A stretch of DNA of 47,310 bases from Candidatus Nanopelagicaceae bacterium (GCA_947490625.1 CANLHC010000001.1:1-47310); one strand, 5' to 3'. Shown: positions 18,041-28,236, counted from the stretch's first letter. Notes: generated by a model not told the origin, from the letters alone. Program-made: numbers and translations.

Positions 18041-18720
18041 GTAGATCCATTCTTTGCCTTGCAAATACAGCAGGGGGATCCGGTAAATCGACGCTAGCGC
18101 ATGCGCTCTCGGTTGCATTCGCTGAATACGGAAAGAAAACGCTGCTCATTGATCTAGATCCTCGAGCTCACCTGTCATTCCGCGTCGGGCGCGAGAACTC
18201 ACGCTTGAGCATCTCTGACTTTCTGCAGAGTACGGTCACTGTGGAAGATTTAGATACGCATATCGAGCGTTTCGACTTTATCGCAAGCGACTCTCGATGT
18301 GGTTTCGGTTTTTCAGATACTGACCTTCGGAATCTCATCGATACGCTGCCAAAAGAATTCGATGTAATCGTGATTGATACACCTAGTGATGTAAATCCTG
18401 GATTGCTAGCCGCTCTCAAGGTGTCAGACCTAGTACTTATTCCATACTCACAGACGCTTCATCACTATCGAGGAATCGATCAAATTTTCAAACTTGCGCC
18501 CAATGTAAAGAAGGCACTTCTTCAGATAGGTAAGCTAAGTAAAATCTCAGATCAATTTAGCCAGTGGCCTCACCTCGATGGACGCTGTAGTACTGCGCGC
18601 GAGATTAGCGAAGCAGAGTTAACGATTACGAGCGTTCTTACCACGGCGAAAAACTCTGTGATTGCCGGAGAAATCAGAGAATCTGCCTATAGCGTTCTTG
18701 AAGAATTAGGAATTGCTTAA
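18037..18720 (+). CDS. ParA/Soj-family ATPase, divergent
   Basis: NTAGGSGKST, LLIDLDPR, VIDTP; lacks the signature lysine. Confidence 0.8.
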   Translation: MSRSILCLANTAGGSGKSTLAHALSVAFAEYGKKTLLIDLDPRAHLSFRVGRENSRLSISDFLQSTVTVEDLDTHIERFDFIASDSRCGFGFSDTDLRNLIDTLPKEFDVIVIDTPSDVNPGLLAALKVSDLVLIPYSQTLHHYRGIDQIFKLAPNVKKALLQIGKLSKISDQFSQWPHLDGRCSTAREISEAELTITSVLTTAKNSVIAGEIRESAYSVLEELGIA

Positions 18721-20036
18721 GAAGTAAATTTCTTTGTGCGCACTCTCTCGCGCTTTTCACGTGGAGCAGCAGGTGCACGTTCACTCTTCTTCTCTGCAGC
18801 AGGTGCGCTTTTACGAGGCTTATCCATACGTCCGGTAGAGCCGGCAGGGATCTTCATCATTGCGTAGAGATGCTCAGATGATGAATATGTTTCAAGTGGC
18901 TCTGCCAGACCTAACTTGAGAGCCATATCAATCATCTTCCAGCGAGCAAGTTCATCCCAATCAACAAAGGTGAGCGCTATTCCGTATGCACCGGCACGAG
19001 CTGTTCGCCCAATACGGTGAACATATGTTTTTTCATCTTCGGGGCACTGGTAGTTAATGACATGTGTGATGCCATCAATATCAATTCCACGCGCTGCAAC
19101 ATCTGTTGCGATGAGAACATCGGATTTACCACCCTTGAAATCATTGAGGGCTTTCTCCCGGGCAGCTTGTCCCATATCGCCATGAAGAGTTGCAGCTTTA
19201 AATCCGCGTTCGATCAAATCATCAGAAGTCTTTTGGCAAGCGCGCTTGGTTCGGCAGAAGACGATTGTGGGACCACGCCCATCTGCTTGCAAAATACGAG
19301 CCAACATTTCGATCTTATCCATCGCATGTGCACGAACTACATGTTGTTCGATTCGCGAGACGACATTGCCTTCATCTTGTGAATCTTGGGTACGAATATG
19401 CACCGGTTGATTCATAAACTTACGAGCTAAAGCAATAATGTCACCAGGCATAGTTGCTGAAAAGAGCATGGTTTGAGAGCGATTCGGCGTTGCAGTAAAG
19501 ATCTTTTCAACATCTGGCAGGAAGCCAAGATCGAGCATCTCATCTGCCTCATCAAGGACGACTCGTGTAACGCTGGCAAGTTTGATCTGACCTTGACGAT
19601 AGAGATCCAAAAGTCGCCCAGGAGTTCCCACGATAATTTCGACGCCTGCTTGGAGAGCTTCAATCTGTGGCTCAAAAGCGCGACCGCCATAGACGGCTAA
19701 CACTCGAATCTTGCGGCTCTGTGTGATCTCTTCTAAATCTTTTGTTACCTGCACACAGAGTTCACGCGTAGGTACAACCACGAGTACTTGTGGAGAATCC
19801 TGATATTCAAATGTTTTCCACTCTTCATCTTCAGGAGCAATCACTCGGTCTACGAGTGGAATACCAAATGCCAGAGTTTTTCCCGTACCAGTTTTGGCTT
19901 GCCCAATCACATCTCCATCAGCAAGTGCGATTGAGAGCACCTGTTCCTGAATTGGAAATGGAGCTATGTACCCATGCTCATTGAGGGCAGCGATGGTCTC
20001 CTTGCGAAGAGGTAAATCTGCAAAAGTCAGGGACAC
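18717..20036 (-). CDS. DEAD-box RNA helicase
   Basis: Q motif, AKTGTGKT, PTREL, TPGRL, DEAD, SAT, ARGID, HRIGRTAR. Confidence 0.96.
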   Translation of the reverse strand: MSLTFADLPLRKETIAALNEHGYIAPFPIQEQVLSIALADGDVIGQAKTGTGKTLAFGIPLVDRVIAPEDEEWKTFEYQDSPQVLVVVPTRELCVQVTKDLEEITQSRKIRVLAVYGGRAFEPQIEALQAGVEIIVGTPGRLLDLYRQGQIKLASVTRVVLDEADEMLDLGFLPDVEKIFTATPNRSQTMLFSATMPGDIIALARKFMNQPVHIRTQDSQDEGNVVSRIEQHVVRAHAMDKIEMLARILQADGRGPTIVFCRTKRACQKTSDDLIERGFKAATLHGDMGQAAREKALNDFKGGKSDVLIATDVAARGIDIDGITHVINYQCPEDEKTYVHRIGRTARAGAYGIALTFVDWDELARWKMIDMALKLGLAEPLETYSSSEHLYAMMKIPAGSTGRMDKPRKSAPAAEKKSERAPAAPREKRERVRTKKFTS

Positions 20037-20294
20037 TTATTGTGCGCCAAAACCGACGCGACGTTCAGTCGGTTGACCAATTTCAACATAGCCAATCCGA
20101 GCCGCTGGAACGATGATTTCATGGCCACGGATATCTGTCAGAGCTAATAACGAGTTATCGGCAAGCGCCTTAGCGACAGCTGCTTTGATTTCAGCTGGGC
20201 TAGATTCGCATTCAAAGGACAGTTCACTAGAAACTTCTGCAATAGCAATTCTCACGAGAGCTGCTTTTGCGCCCTCTGATTTCTTTGTACTCAT
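20037..20294 (-). CDS. DUF3107 family protein
   Basis: ELSFE..S, LTD.RG..IIVP..RIGYVEIG..RRVGF; sits between TetR and the helicase as in other actinobacteria. Confidence 0.85.
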   Translation of the reverse strand: MSTKKSEGAKAALVRIAIAEVSSELSFECESSPAEIKAAVAKALADNSLLALTDIRGHEIIVPAARIGYVEIGQPTERRVGFGAQ

Positions 20295-20326
20295 GTGCTT
20301 ATCCTAGGCGTAAGCCGTGCGAACTG

Positions 20327-20950
20327 CTATTCGGTGCGGGGGAAGCCCGAAATTCCGCGCCACATCAAGTTTTCAACGAGATCTACTGCTTGTTGGCGAG
20401 TTAATTTGCTGTCACGTTCCAACCAATGGCGTGCGGTTACTTGCGCATAGCCAATGAGTCCAACGCCGAGAAGCATTGAAACCTCTTTGGGCAGACCAGT
20501 GTCATTGGAAATCACTCCACTTACCGCTGCGGCACAGTCATACGTCATGCGATTGAGTCGCTCACTCACCTGTGGTTCAACGCTCATATCACTTTCAAAG
20601 AGAAGCCTAAATGCTTCCCCCTCATTTTCGATAAATGAGAAATAGGCAACGACAGTTGCTCGCACCCGCTGTGCGTTATCAGGAGTTGATGAAATCGCTT
20701 TTTGAATTTCAAAGACTAAAGAGTCGATGTGAAGATCAAGGACAGCAAGATAGAGATCTAGCTTTGAAGGAAAATGTTGATAGAGAACGGGCTTACTGAC
20801 TCCTGCGCGATCTGCAATTTCATCCATAGCTGCAGAGTGATATCCGGCGGCGGTAAAGACCTCAAGGGCTGCGGCGAGAAGAATTGCTCTGCGTTCATCA
20901 CGGGGTAGACGCGCTTTGTCAGCGCCCAGTACTTTGTCAGGAGTGCTCAT
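20327..20950 (-). CDS. TetR/AcrR family regulator (Rv3208-like)
   Basis: RLPRDERR, GYHSAAMDEIADRAGVSKPVLYQHFPSK, WRGISGFP. Start ATG 20950, 7 nt after TACGAT. Confidence 0.92.
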   Translation of the reverse strand: MSTPDKVLGADKARLPRDERRAILLAAALEVFTAAGYHSAAMDEIADRAGVSKPVLYQHFPSKLDLYLAVLDLHIDSLVFEIQKAISSTPDNAQRVRATVVAYFSFIENEGEAFRLLFESDMSVEPQVSERLNRMTYDCAAAVSGVISNDTGLPKEVSMLLGVGLIGYAQVTARHWLERDSKLTRQQAVDLVENLMWRGISGFPRTE

Positions 20951-21009
20951 TTGGCTAATCGTAGAGCCTAAGTGGCATGCTTTCCTAGTCTGAGGCAGAA
21001 TACTCAATT

Positions 21010-22191
21010 ATGAAGACTCCGCCATTGGTTACTCCAGGTCCTGCACTCACTGTTGATGAAGTTCGCCGGTATAGCCGCCACCTCATCATTCCTGATGTTG
21101 CAATGGCAGGCCAACAGAGATTGATGAATGCAAAGGTTCTCTGTGTTGGTGCCGGCGGGCTTGGTTCACCTGCACTCATGTATCTGGCAGCAGCTGGTGT
21201 GGGCACTATTGGAATCGTTGAATTTGATACAGTCGATGAATCAAATCTGCAACGCCAGATTATTCACGGCCAATCAGATATTGGAAAAAGTAAGGCTGAT
21301 TCAGCTAAAGAGAAAATTCTAGAGATCAATCCTTATGTCAAAGTGATTACTCATGAAGTACGACTCGATGTTGATAATGTGATGGAGATTTTCTCGCAAT
21401 ACGACATTATTGTTGACGGCACAGATAATTTTGCGACGAGATATCTAGTCAATGATGCGTGCGTACTGTTGAAGAAGCCATATGTGTGGGGATCTATCTA
21501 TCGCTTTGATGGTCAAGCAAGTGTCTTCTGGGCTGAATATGGTCCGTGCTATCGCTGCCTCTATCCAGAACCTCCACCACCAGGCATGGTTCCATCATGT
21601 GCTGAAGGTGGCGTGCTCGGAGTGCTCTGTGCAACCATCGGCTCAATCCAAACCACTGAAGCGATCAAAGTCCTGACTGGCGTTGGCGAACCACTTATTG
21701 GTGAGTTGATGATCTATGACGCGCTCGAAATGGAATTTAAAAAGGTCAAGATTCGTAAAGATCCGAATTGCCCAATCTGTAGCGTTAACGCGACCCAGAA
21801 TGATCTACTCCCTGACTATGAAGCATTTTGTGGAGTTCTCTCCAATCAGGCACAGGAAGCAGTCACAGATTCAACAATCACAGTGACAGAGCTGAAAGAG
21901 AAGATCGATCGCAGCGATGATTTCTATCTTATTGATGTTCGTGAGCCAAGTGAATTTGAGATTGTAAGAATTCCAGGATCACACCTCATCCCAAAGCAAG
22001 GCTTTATCGATGGAACAGCCTTAGCCGGCCTTCCTCAGAATAAACCAATCATTCTTCACTGCAAGAGCGGCGTCCGTTCGGCAGAGTGCCTTGCAATTAT
22101 TAAGGGGGCAGGATTTAAAGATGCTTCGCATGTGTCAGGCGGAGTAATCGCGTGGGCAAAACAGATCGATACATCTCTGCCGGTTTATTAA
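21010..22191 (+). CDS. moeZ: Adenylyltransferase/sulfurtransferase MoeZ (ThiF/MoeB + rhodanese)
   Basis: RYSRH, GAGGLGS, SNLQRQ, CYRC, CPIC, rhodanese CKSGVRS. Confidence 0.93.
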   Translation: MKTPPLVTPGPALTVDEVRRYSRHLIIPDVAMAGQQRLMNAKVLCVGAGGLGSPALMYLAAAGVGTIGIVEFDTVDESNLQRQIIHGQSDIGKSKADSAKEKILEINPYVKVITHEVRLDVDNVMEIFSQYDIIVDGTDNFATRYLVNDACVLLKKPYVWGSIYRFDGQASVFWAEYGPCYRCLYPEPPPPGMVPSCAEGGVLGVLCATIGSIQTTEAIKVLTGVGEPLIGELMIYDALEMEFKKVKIRKDPNCPICSVNATQNDLLPDYEAFCGVLSNQAQEAVTDSTITVTELKEKIDRSDDFYLIDVREPSEFEIVRIPGSHLIPKQGFIDGTALAGLPQNKPIILHCKSGVRSAECLAIIKGAGFKDASHVSGGVIAWAKQIDTSLPVY

Positions 22192-23060
22192 TGCTTAAGC
22201 GTTATGACGGTGCACGAGTACTTCTAGTTCATGCTCATCCTGACGATGAGACCATAAACAACGGTGCAACCATGGCTCTGTATGCGGCCTTAGGCGCAGA
22301 AGTAACCCTTGTTACCTGCACTCGCGGTGAAGAAGGAGAAGTACTTGTTCCCGAGCTTTCGCATTTAGCATCGAGTGAACACGATCAACTTGGCGCTCAT
22401 CGCGAGGGTGAGTTAGCTGCAGCGATGAAGGCGCTCGGGGTCTCTGACTTTCGTTTCCTTGGAGATCCAGCAACACGCTACCGTGATAGCGGAATGATGG
22501 GAACGCCCCAGAATGATCGCCCTGATGTTTTCTGGCAGGCAGATGTGAAGCACGCGAGTAGCCACTTAATCACGATTATCGATGAGATTAAGCCCCATGT
22601 TCTTATCACCTACGATGAAATCGGTGGATATGGGCATCCCGATCACATACAGGCGCATCGAATTGCAATGGAAGCGGCAGAGAATGCAACGTGGAAAATC
22701 CCAAAAATCTATTGGAACACGATGCCTAAATCTGTGATTGCCGATGGGATTGAAAAAATGAAAGCACTTGGTACAGATTTTTTCGGTGCCGATAATGCAG
22801 ACGATCTCCCTTTTGCAAAAGACGATGAATTTGTAACAACTCTTATCGATGGAAATAATTATGTACAAGCCAAGATGGATGCCATGGCTGCACATTTAAC
22901 CCAGATCGCCCTCGACGGCCCCTTCTTTGCGCTCTCTAATAACATCGGACTTCAGGTGTGGGGCAATGAGTACTACACCCTCGTGAAGGGAGATCGATCT
23001 GGACCATTTGATGAAATGGGACGGGAAACTGATCTCTTTGCTGGAATAAGTTTCAAGTGA
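22191..23060 (+). CDS. mshB: GlcNAc-Ins deacetylase (mycothiol biosynthesis)
   Basis: [38 protein letters not shown]; TAATG coupling to moeZ. Confidence 0.92.
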   Translation: MLKRYDGARVLLVHAHPDDETINNGATMALYAALGAEVTLVTCTRGEEGEVLVPELSHLASSEHDQLGAHREGELAAAMKALGVSDFRFLGDPATRYRDSGMMGTPQNDRPDVFWQADVKHASSHLITIIDEIKPHVLITYDEIGGYGHPDHIQAHRIAMEAAENATWKIPKIYWNTMPKSVIADGIEKMKALGTDFFGADNADDLPFAKDDEFVTTLIDGNNYVQAKMDAMAAHLTQIALDGPFFALSNNIGLQVWGNEYYTLVKGDRSGPFDEMGRETDLFAGISFK

Positions 23061-23374
23061 AGTACTTTCTTAGCTTTGTTATCGGAGCAATTACTGCAGC
23101 CGGTGGAGTCTTTCTCCATCTTTCATACCCACCTGCAGGGCTCATTCTTGGTTTAGCTGGAACGGCTGCAACTTTTTGGTCTGTTGGAAAATACTATGGA
23201 AAGAGACGTTATCGATTAGCAACTCTTGCGGGCTGGCTCATTGTTATCAATGATGCAACTACATTTGGCGACGGTGGCGAGCTATTGGTGCAAGGGGATA
23301 GAACCGGACTTACATTTCTTACCAGCGGATTGGCGATTGTAATCGTCTCGATCTTCTTGCCAGCGCGCGACTAG
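23057..23374 (+). CDS. Small membrane protein downstream of mshB (DUF6113-like)
   Basis: Four hydrophobic segments, GW and GELLV motifs; 4-nt overlap with mshB. Confidence 0.6.
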   Translation: MKYFLSFVIGAITAAGGVFLHLSYPPAGLILGLAGTAATFWSVGKYYGKRRYRLATLAGWLIVINDATTFGDGGELLVQGDRTGLTFLTSGLAIVIVSIFLPARD

Positions 23375-24723
23375 CTCCAACTCTGTCCTTCAGGGCCATC
23401 GTGTATGGCAAGACCATTGGCTTCTAGCAATCCACGTAAGCGATCACTCTCGGCAAAATCTTTTCGTAAACGCGCCTCTTGCCGAGACTGAAGAAGTACT
23501 TCTTGCTCGCTGGTGAGTACTTTCGCCTCAGGAACACGAGTTAAATCAAGCCCTAAGACTTGATCGGCAAATAAGAAGAGTGCACGCTTTCGCGCAGGAT
23601 TAATCTGAGCATCTTTTTCAATAGCGCGAAGGCGTTGTAATGCCTTAGGGGTATCCAAATCATTGAAGAACGCCTGTTCCATCTCTGCATCAGATTCAAC
23701 AGCAGAGCTAGTGCCACCTGCGGCAACTACGCTTCTCCACCGCTTAAGGGTTGAGTGAGCAGCTTTGAGAGAAGCCCATGTGAGATCCATCTGTGAGCGA
23801 TAGCGATTTTCAAGAAATGCAAAACGTGCTGAGAGTGGATCTAGATCTCGATCGATGATGTCTTGTACGAGGACGACATTGCCGGCACTTTTTGACATTT
23901 TGCGACCCTCAAAGAGCAAATGCTCACCATGAATCCAATGCGTCACTGTTTCGAGTCCCGTGAGTGCATTTGATTGGGCGCGTTCGTTTTCGTGATGAGG
24001 AAAGCGAAGATCGATTCCGCCCACGTGTAGATCAACGCTCTGACCAAGATGAGCCAATGACATAGCGCTACATTCAATATGCCACCCTGGAAAACCTAGC
24101 CCCCAAGGTGTCTGCCACACCATCTGCGTGCGATCGTGCGCGATCTTCCAGAGCGCCCAATCAGCATGAAATCTTTTTGCTCCATCTTCGGAAGCCTCAA
24201 ATCGGTATCCCGGTTTGAGTGCATCAAGGCGGTTGCCACTGATTGCACCATAGGTAGGAAATGATTGGGCATCGAAGTAAACATTTCCATCGGTTCCAAT
24301 ATAGGCAGATCCGTTTTCAACGAGTTTCTCAATTGCCGAGATCATCAGCTCGATACTCTCACTCGCTCGTGGGTATAAATCAGCAGGTAAAATATTTAAT
24401 CGAGCTAAATCTGCGTGAAAGCGCTCTTCGTATTTCTTGGCGATCTCGAAGGGATCGATTTTTTCAACTTTTGATTGAGAGAGAATTTTATCTTCGAGAT
24501 CTGTCGCCATGTGACCCACGTCAGTAATGTTCTGTACCAAAGTGACGCCTAGTCCCGACAATCGCGCTGCACGGACAATGAGGTCGGAGAGTAAAAATGT
24601 TCGTAAATTACCTACGTGAGCATCTCTATAGACTGTCGGACCGCAGCAGTACATCTTAAGCTGGCCGGCTGAGCCAGTGATATCAACTACTTCTCGCGAT
24701 CGAGTTTCGTAGAGCCTTAACAT
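23371..24723 (-). CDS. cysS: Cysteine--tRNA ligase
   Basis: CGPTVY, HVGN, PGWHIECSAM, GGIDLRFPHHENE, KMSKS, C-terminal anticodon-binding region. Confidence 0.92.
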   Translation of the reverse strand: MLRLYETRSREVVDITGSAGQLKMYCCGPTVYRDAHVGNLRTFLLSDLIVRAARLSGLGVTLVQNITDVGHMATDLEDKILSQSKVEKIDPFEIAKKYEERFHADLARLNILPADLYPRASESIELMISAIEKLVENGSAYIGTDGNVYFDAQSFPTYGAISGNRLDALKPGYRFEASEDGAKRFHADWALWKIAHDRTQMVWQTPWGLGFPGWHIECSAMSLAHLGQSVDLHVGGIDLRFPHHENERAQSNALTGLETVTHWIHGEHLLFEGRKMSKSAGNVVLVQDIIDRDLDPLSARFAFLENRYRSQMDLTWASLKAAHSTLKRWRSVVAAGGTSSAVESDAEMEQAFFNDLDTPKALQRLRAIEKDAQINPARKRALFLFADQVLGLDLTRVPEAKVLTSEQEVLLQSRQEARLRKDFAESDRLRGLLEANGLAIHDGPEGQSWS

Positions 24724-25700
24724 GCACACTCATTTGATTCGGCACGTTGAATGTAGTGGTAGGTATGGTGGAACCTAAAGCCTAACTTTGCATAGAGCGA
24801 CTGTGCATCAGGATTTGATTGGTCTACCTGTAGGCACATTTTTGAAGCACCATTTTCAATCGCTGAATTCATACATGCCAACATGAGTAATCGCGCAAAA
24901 CCCTGTTTACGATGATTTTCGGCGACGATTAACCTTGTGACAACCGCCCATGATTCAGAGACTGCCACGCGCGCAGTCGCGATAATTTTTCCTCCGTGCG
25001 TCAAGGAGATGTATCGTGCCGGATACGCCACCATTATTGGGCGTAGTTCATGATCGTCATGAAGAGTTAAGAAAGCATCACCCGGTTCACTCTCATCGGT
25101 GATTTCAACTTTTTTCTCACGGGCCAGTTCTTGAATATCGAAAGTCGCCTCTAAATCATTGATGAGAAATGCAGCACCGAGTTTCTCACTCCAGCCACGG
25201 GCGGTGAGGTAATCGTTGAATTCTTGATAAGTGGGGAGAGTGAGTTGAAAGACAGTAGGAAGCCCGGCGCTGCGATATATCGAATCCACTGCAGCGATTG
25301 CTTCGTCGAGATCTACACCTGGTTCTCCAAAGGGTGGAGCTCCCGAAATGAGAACCGAGTTCGCACGATATGTCGCACCATTGGAGACGCGACACCTCCA
25401 TTGACCAACTGCTTCAATGCGATGAGGTGGCCATGTTCGAGTGGAAAGTTCTTCGAGTTCGGCAATTCGCAGAGATAACGGCGCACCCTTACCAGCACGG
25501 TGCTCTACTTCCGCTATCGGGTGCACAATCGCTATCTCATCTGGGTTAAATGCAACTACCTCACCATTTCGCTTACGCAGTGTGGTCATTGTTTCAAGGA
25601 TCCCCACAAGATCTCGATACCCACCAGCAGGATCATGAAGGCGCAACGTCAGTCGGCGGCCAATCAACTCTGGGCCGAGGGCGATAGATCTGGCTTCCAT
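24717..25700 (-). CDS. GNAT family acetyltransferase with N-terminal extension
   Basis: IGRRLTLR..DLVGIL N-domain, YRANSV, acetyl-CoA motif HRKQGFA, NxxAxxLYxKLGF. Confidence 0.85.
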   Translation of the reverse strand: MEARSIALGPELIGRRLTLRLHDPAGGYRDLVGILETMTTLRKRNGEVVAFNPDEIAIVHPIAEVEHRAGKGAPLSLRIAELEELSTRTWPPHRIEAVGQWRCRVSNGATYRANSVLISGAPPFGEPGVDLDEAIAAVDSIYRSAGLPTVFQLTLPTYQEFNDYLTARGWSEKLGAAFLINDLEATFDIQELAREKKVEITDESEPGDAFLTLHDDHELRPIMVAYPARYISLTHGGKIIATARVAVSESWAVVTRLIVAENHRKQGFARLLMLACMNSAIENGASKMCLQVDQSNPDAQSLYAKLGFRFHHTYHYIQRAESNECAC

Positions 25701-25791
25701 AGGCTCACATTAACCCTGCGATGGCGTGGGCGCATGGTTAGAATGTGACCTCAATGCGTTCTGCTCTAACTTGTAGCTCTGGAGGTTGCTC

Positions 25792-26112
25792 GTGACTTAT
25801 GTGATTGCCCAGCCATGTATCGATGTGAAGGACAAGTCTTGCATTGAGGAATGTCCAGTCGATTGCATCTACGAAGGTAACCGGATGCTCTACATCCAAC
25901 CGGATGAGTGCGTTGATTGCGGAGCCTGCGAACCCGTGTGCCCAGTTGAGGCGATCTATTACGAAGATGATGTTCCAGGCGAGTGGAAAGAATTCCCGAA
26001 GATCAATACAGAATTTTTCGTTGAGATCGGATCACCAGGTGGAGCTGCAAAAGTGGGCCTGACAGATCATGATCATGTAGATGTCCTCTCCATTGAGAAA
26101 AAAACTTCCTGA
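25792..26112 (+). CDS. fdxA: 7Fe ferredoxin ([3Fe-4S]+[4Fe-4S])
   Basis: TYVIAQPCIDVKDKSCIEECPVDCIY..CVDCGACEPVCP; GGAGG at 25781-25785 before the GTG. Confidence 0.95.
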   Translation: MTYVIAQPCIDVKDKSCIEECPVDCIYEGNRMLYIQPDECVDCGACEPVCPVEAIYYEDDVPGEWKEFPKINTEFFVEIGSPGGAAKVGLTDHDHVDVLSIEKKTS

Positions 26113-27169
26113 TTTTCCTTGGGATGCTCTTGCTCCGTACGGAGTAAAGGCGCGAAAGCATCCACGAGGGATCATCGATCTCTCAGTTGGAACTCCAGTT
26201 GATCCAACTCCAGGTTTTATTCAAAAAGTTTTAGCAGAGAATTCAAATTCTCCTGGCTATCCAACAACTGCCGGAACTCCAGAATTGCAAGAAGCGATTC
26301 GACAATGGGCGAGTACGCATCTTGGCATCACTGGAGATTTCGATGTTTTGCCGGTGATTGGATCAAAGGAGCTCGTTGCCTGGCTCCCTACTTTTCTACA
26401 GTCAAAAAGTGTAATTTTCCCAAAAGTTGCTTATCCAACATATCAAGTGGGTGCCATTCTCGCCCAATCACAAGAAATTGCCGTAGATATCGATGCAGAT
26501 CAATGGCCACAGGCTGATTTAGCGTGGGTTAACTCGCCGTCGAATCCGACAGGTCGTGTACACAGCGAAGACGAATTCAGAACTGTCATCAAGTGGGCAC
26601 GAAAGAATAATTCTGTTGTGATATCAGATGAGTGTTATCTCGAGTTCGGCGATACGGCAACACCGACATCTATTTTCTCTGCTGCCGACGGTGATAACAA
26701 GAACCTCATGGCAGTGCACTCGCTATCAAAGCGCTCGTCACTTGCTGGTTACAGAGCTGCATTTTTGGTGGGGGATGCACAACTCATTGCCCAGATACGC
26801 GAAGTGAGAAAACATGCAGGAATGATGGTCGCCCTTCCTGTGCAGAGGGCCATGACAGTAGCTCTTGCAGATGATGCTCACGTTGCAGCACAACGTAATC
26901 GATATAACTCCCGTCGAGCGTTACTCACACCTGCTCTTATTGCTGCCGGATTTACGATCGATGAAAGTGCTGCCGGGCTTTATCTTTGGTGTACGCGACA
27001 AGAGGATTCGTGGCAATCAGTTGATTGGCTGGCAGGACTTGGAATTCTTGCAACCCCTGGCAGTTTTTATGGAGCCGACGGTTCCCAGCACATTCGCATC
27101 GCTATGACAGCCACGGACGAGGCGATTGCAGATGCTTCTTCTCGAATTCTTGCAGCAGCCCAGGGATAA
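26081..27169 (+). CDS. dapC: N-succinyldiaminopimelate aminotransferase
   Basis: LPDFPWD, DLSVGTPVDP, NSPSNPTG, SDECY, HSLSKRS (PLP lysine); follows fdxA. Confidence 0.92.
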   Translation: MSSPLRKKLPDFPWDALAPYGVKARKHPRGIIDLSVGTPVDPTPGFIQKVLAENSNSPGYPTTAGTPELQEAIRQWASTHLGITGDFDVLPVIGSKELVAWLPTFLQSKSVIFPKVAYPTYQVGAILAQSQEIAVDIDADQWPQADLAWVNSPSNPTGRVHSEDEFRTVIKWARKNNSVVISDECYLEFGDTATPTSIFSAADGDNKNLMAVHSLSKRSSLAGYRAAFLVGDAQLIAQIREVRKHAGMMVALPVQRAMTVALADDAHVAAQRNRYNSRRALLTPALIAAGFTIDESAAGLYLWCTRQEDSWQSVDWLAGLGILATPGSFYGADGSQHIRIAMTATDEAIADASSRILAAAQG

Positions 27170-27172
27170 GAA

Positions 27173-28138
27173 ATGACTTCTGCAATCTTGCTTGTAGGTG
27201 GAAGAGGAACCCGCCTTTCTCCGATTACTGATGAAATTCCGAAACCCATGTTGCCGATTGCTGGCTTGCCAGTCACAGAGCACCAAATACTTGCTGCCAA
27301 GAAAGCCGGTGTGAAAACACTCGTCCTGGCAACATCATATTTAGCAGAGGTTTTCACTCCATATTTTGGAGATGGTAGTAAGTGGGGTATCGACTTGAGA
27401 TATGCCATCGAGAAAGAACCGTTAGGTACTGGTGGTGCGATTGCTCATGCCGCAGCAGAATTAAATGAGGACGAGAAAGAGACAGTCTTAATTTTTAATG
27501 GAGATGTAATTAGCGATCATGATATTTCGGCGCAGATCGCAACTCATAAAAACAGTGGTGCCGACGTCACTTTGCACTTGATCCAAGTAGAAGATGCTCG
27601 TGCCTTCGGCTGTGTTCCAACAGATAGCCAGGGCCGGGTAACCGCTTTTCTCGAAAAAATGGATCAGCCTGTGACGGACTGGATTAATGCGGGGTGTTAT
27701 ATTTTTAATCGTGCCGTGATTGACTCAATTCCCAATGGCGTCGTTACTTCAGTAGAGCGCGAAACCTTCCCAGCGCTGATCGCTCACAACCGGCGCATCG
27801 TTGGCTATAAAGAGAATGCATATTGGCTCGATATTGGCACTCCTGCGGCCCTCTTTAAGGCATCAAGGGATCGCGTTAAGGCAGGCTTTGACGCGCACCC
27901 AACTGCGCAGATTGATTCCTCGGCGCTGCTTTCCGGTGGCACCTTTATTGGCGCACAAGCGAGTATCGCTGCGGGGGCCAGTCTCGATAATTGCATCGTC
28001 TGCCCAGGTGCACAGGTGGCAACCGGGGCCCGACTCGAGCGATCTTTCCTTGCTCCGGGGGTAGTTGTTGCCTCTGATGCCAGCTATAAGGATCGCTACA
28101 TATCGATTGAAAAGAACCTCCCCATCACTTTTGGTTAA
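27173..28138 (+). CDS. NDP-sugar pyrophosphorylase, probably mannose-1-phosphate guanylyltransferase
   Basis: LVGGRGTRL.P, PKPMLP, EPLGTGG, FLEK, YWLDIGTP, short beta-helix tail; upstream of whiB like the mycobacterial GDP-mannose enzyme. Confidence 0.87.
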   Translation: MTSAILLVGGRGTRLSPITDEIPKPMLPIAGLPVTEHQILAAKKAGVKTLVLATSYLAEVFTPYFGDGSKWGIDLRYAIEKEPLGTGGAIAHAAAELNEDEKETVLIFNGDVISDHDISAQIATHKNSGADVTLHLIQVEDARAFGCVPTDSQGRVTAFLEKMDQPVTDWINAGCYIFNRAVIDSIPNGVVTSVERETFPALIAHNRRIVGYKENAYWLDIGTPAALFKASRDRVKAGFDAHPTAQIDSSALLSGGTFIGAQASIAAGASLDNCIVCPGAQVATGARLERSFLAPGVVVASDASYKDRYISIEKNLPITFG

Positions 28139-28236
28139 TTTTTTTTTTGCAACCCACATTGTCGATTTTTTAGCCATTTCACGCTCAAAAAGGGTGAGAG
28201 CGGAGAAATTTCAACCCTCAACCCGTCCTGCCGGAG

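Noticed and set aside
18760-18810. GCAGCAGGTGC repeated twice in the helicase tail
   Set aside because: Encodes a low-complexity APAA linker; two short copies do not indicate a repeat system.
23371-24723. Calling this gene mshC because it is near mshB
   Set aside because: It has CGPTVY/HVGN and a C-terminal anticodon-binding region; MshC has CGITPY/HLGH and lacks that domain.
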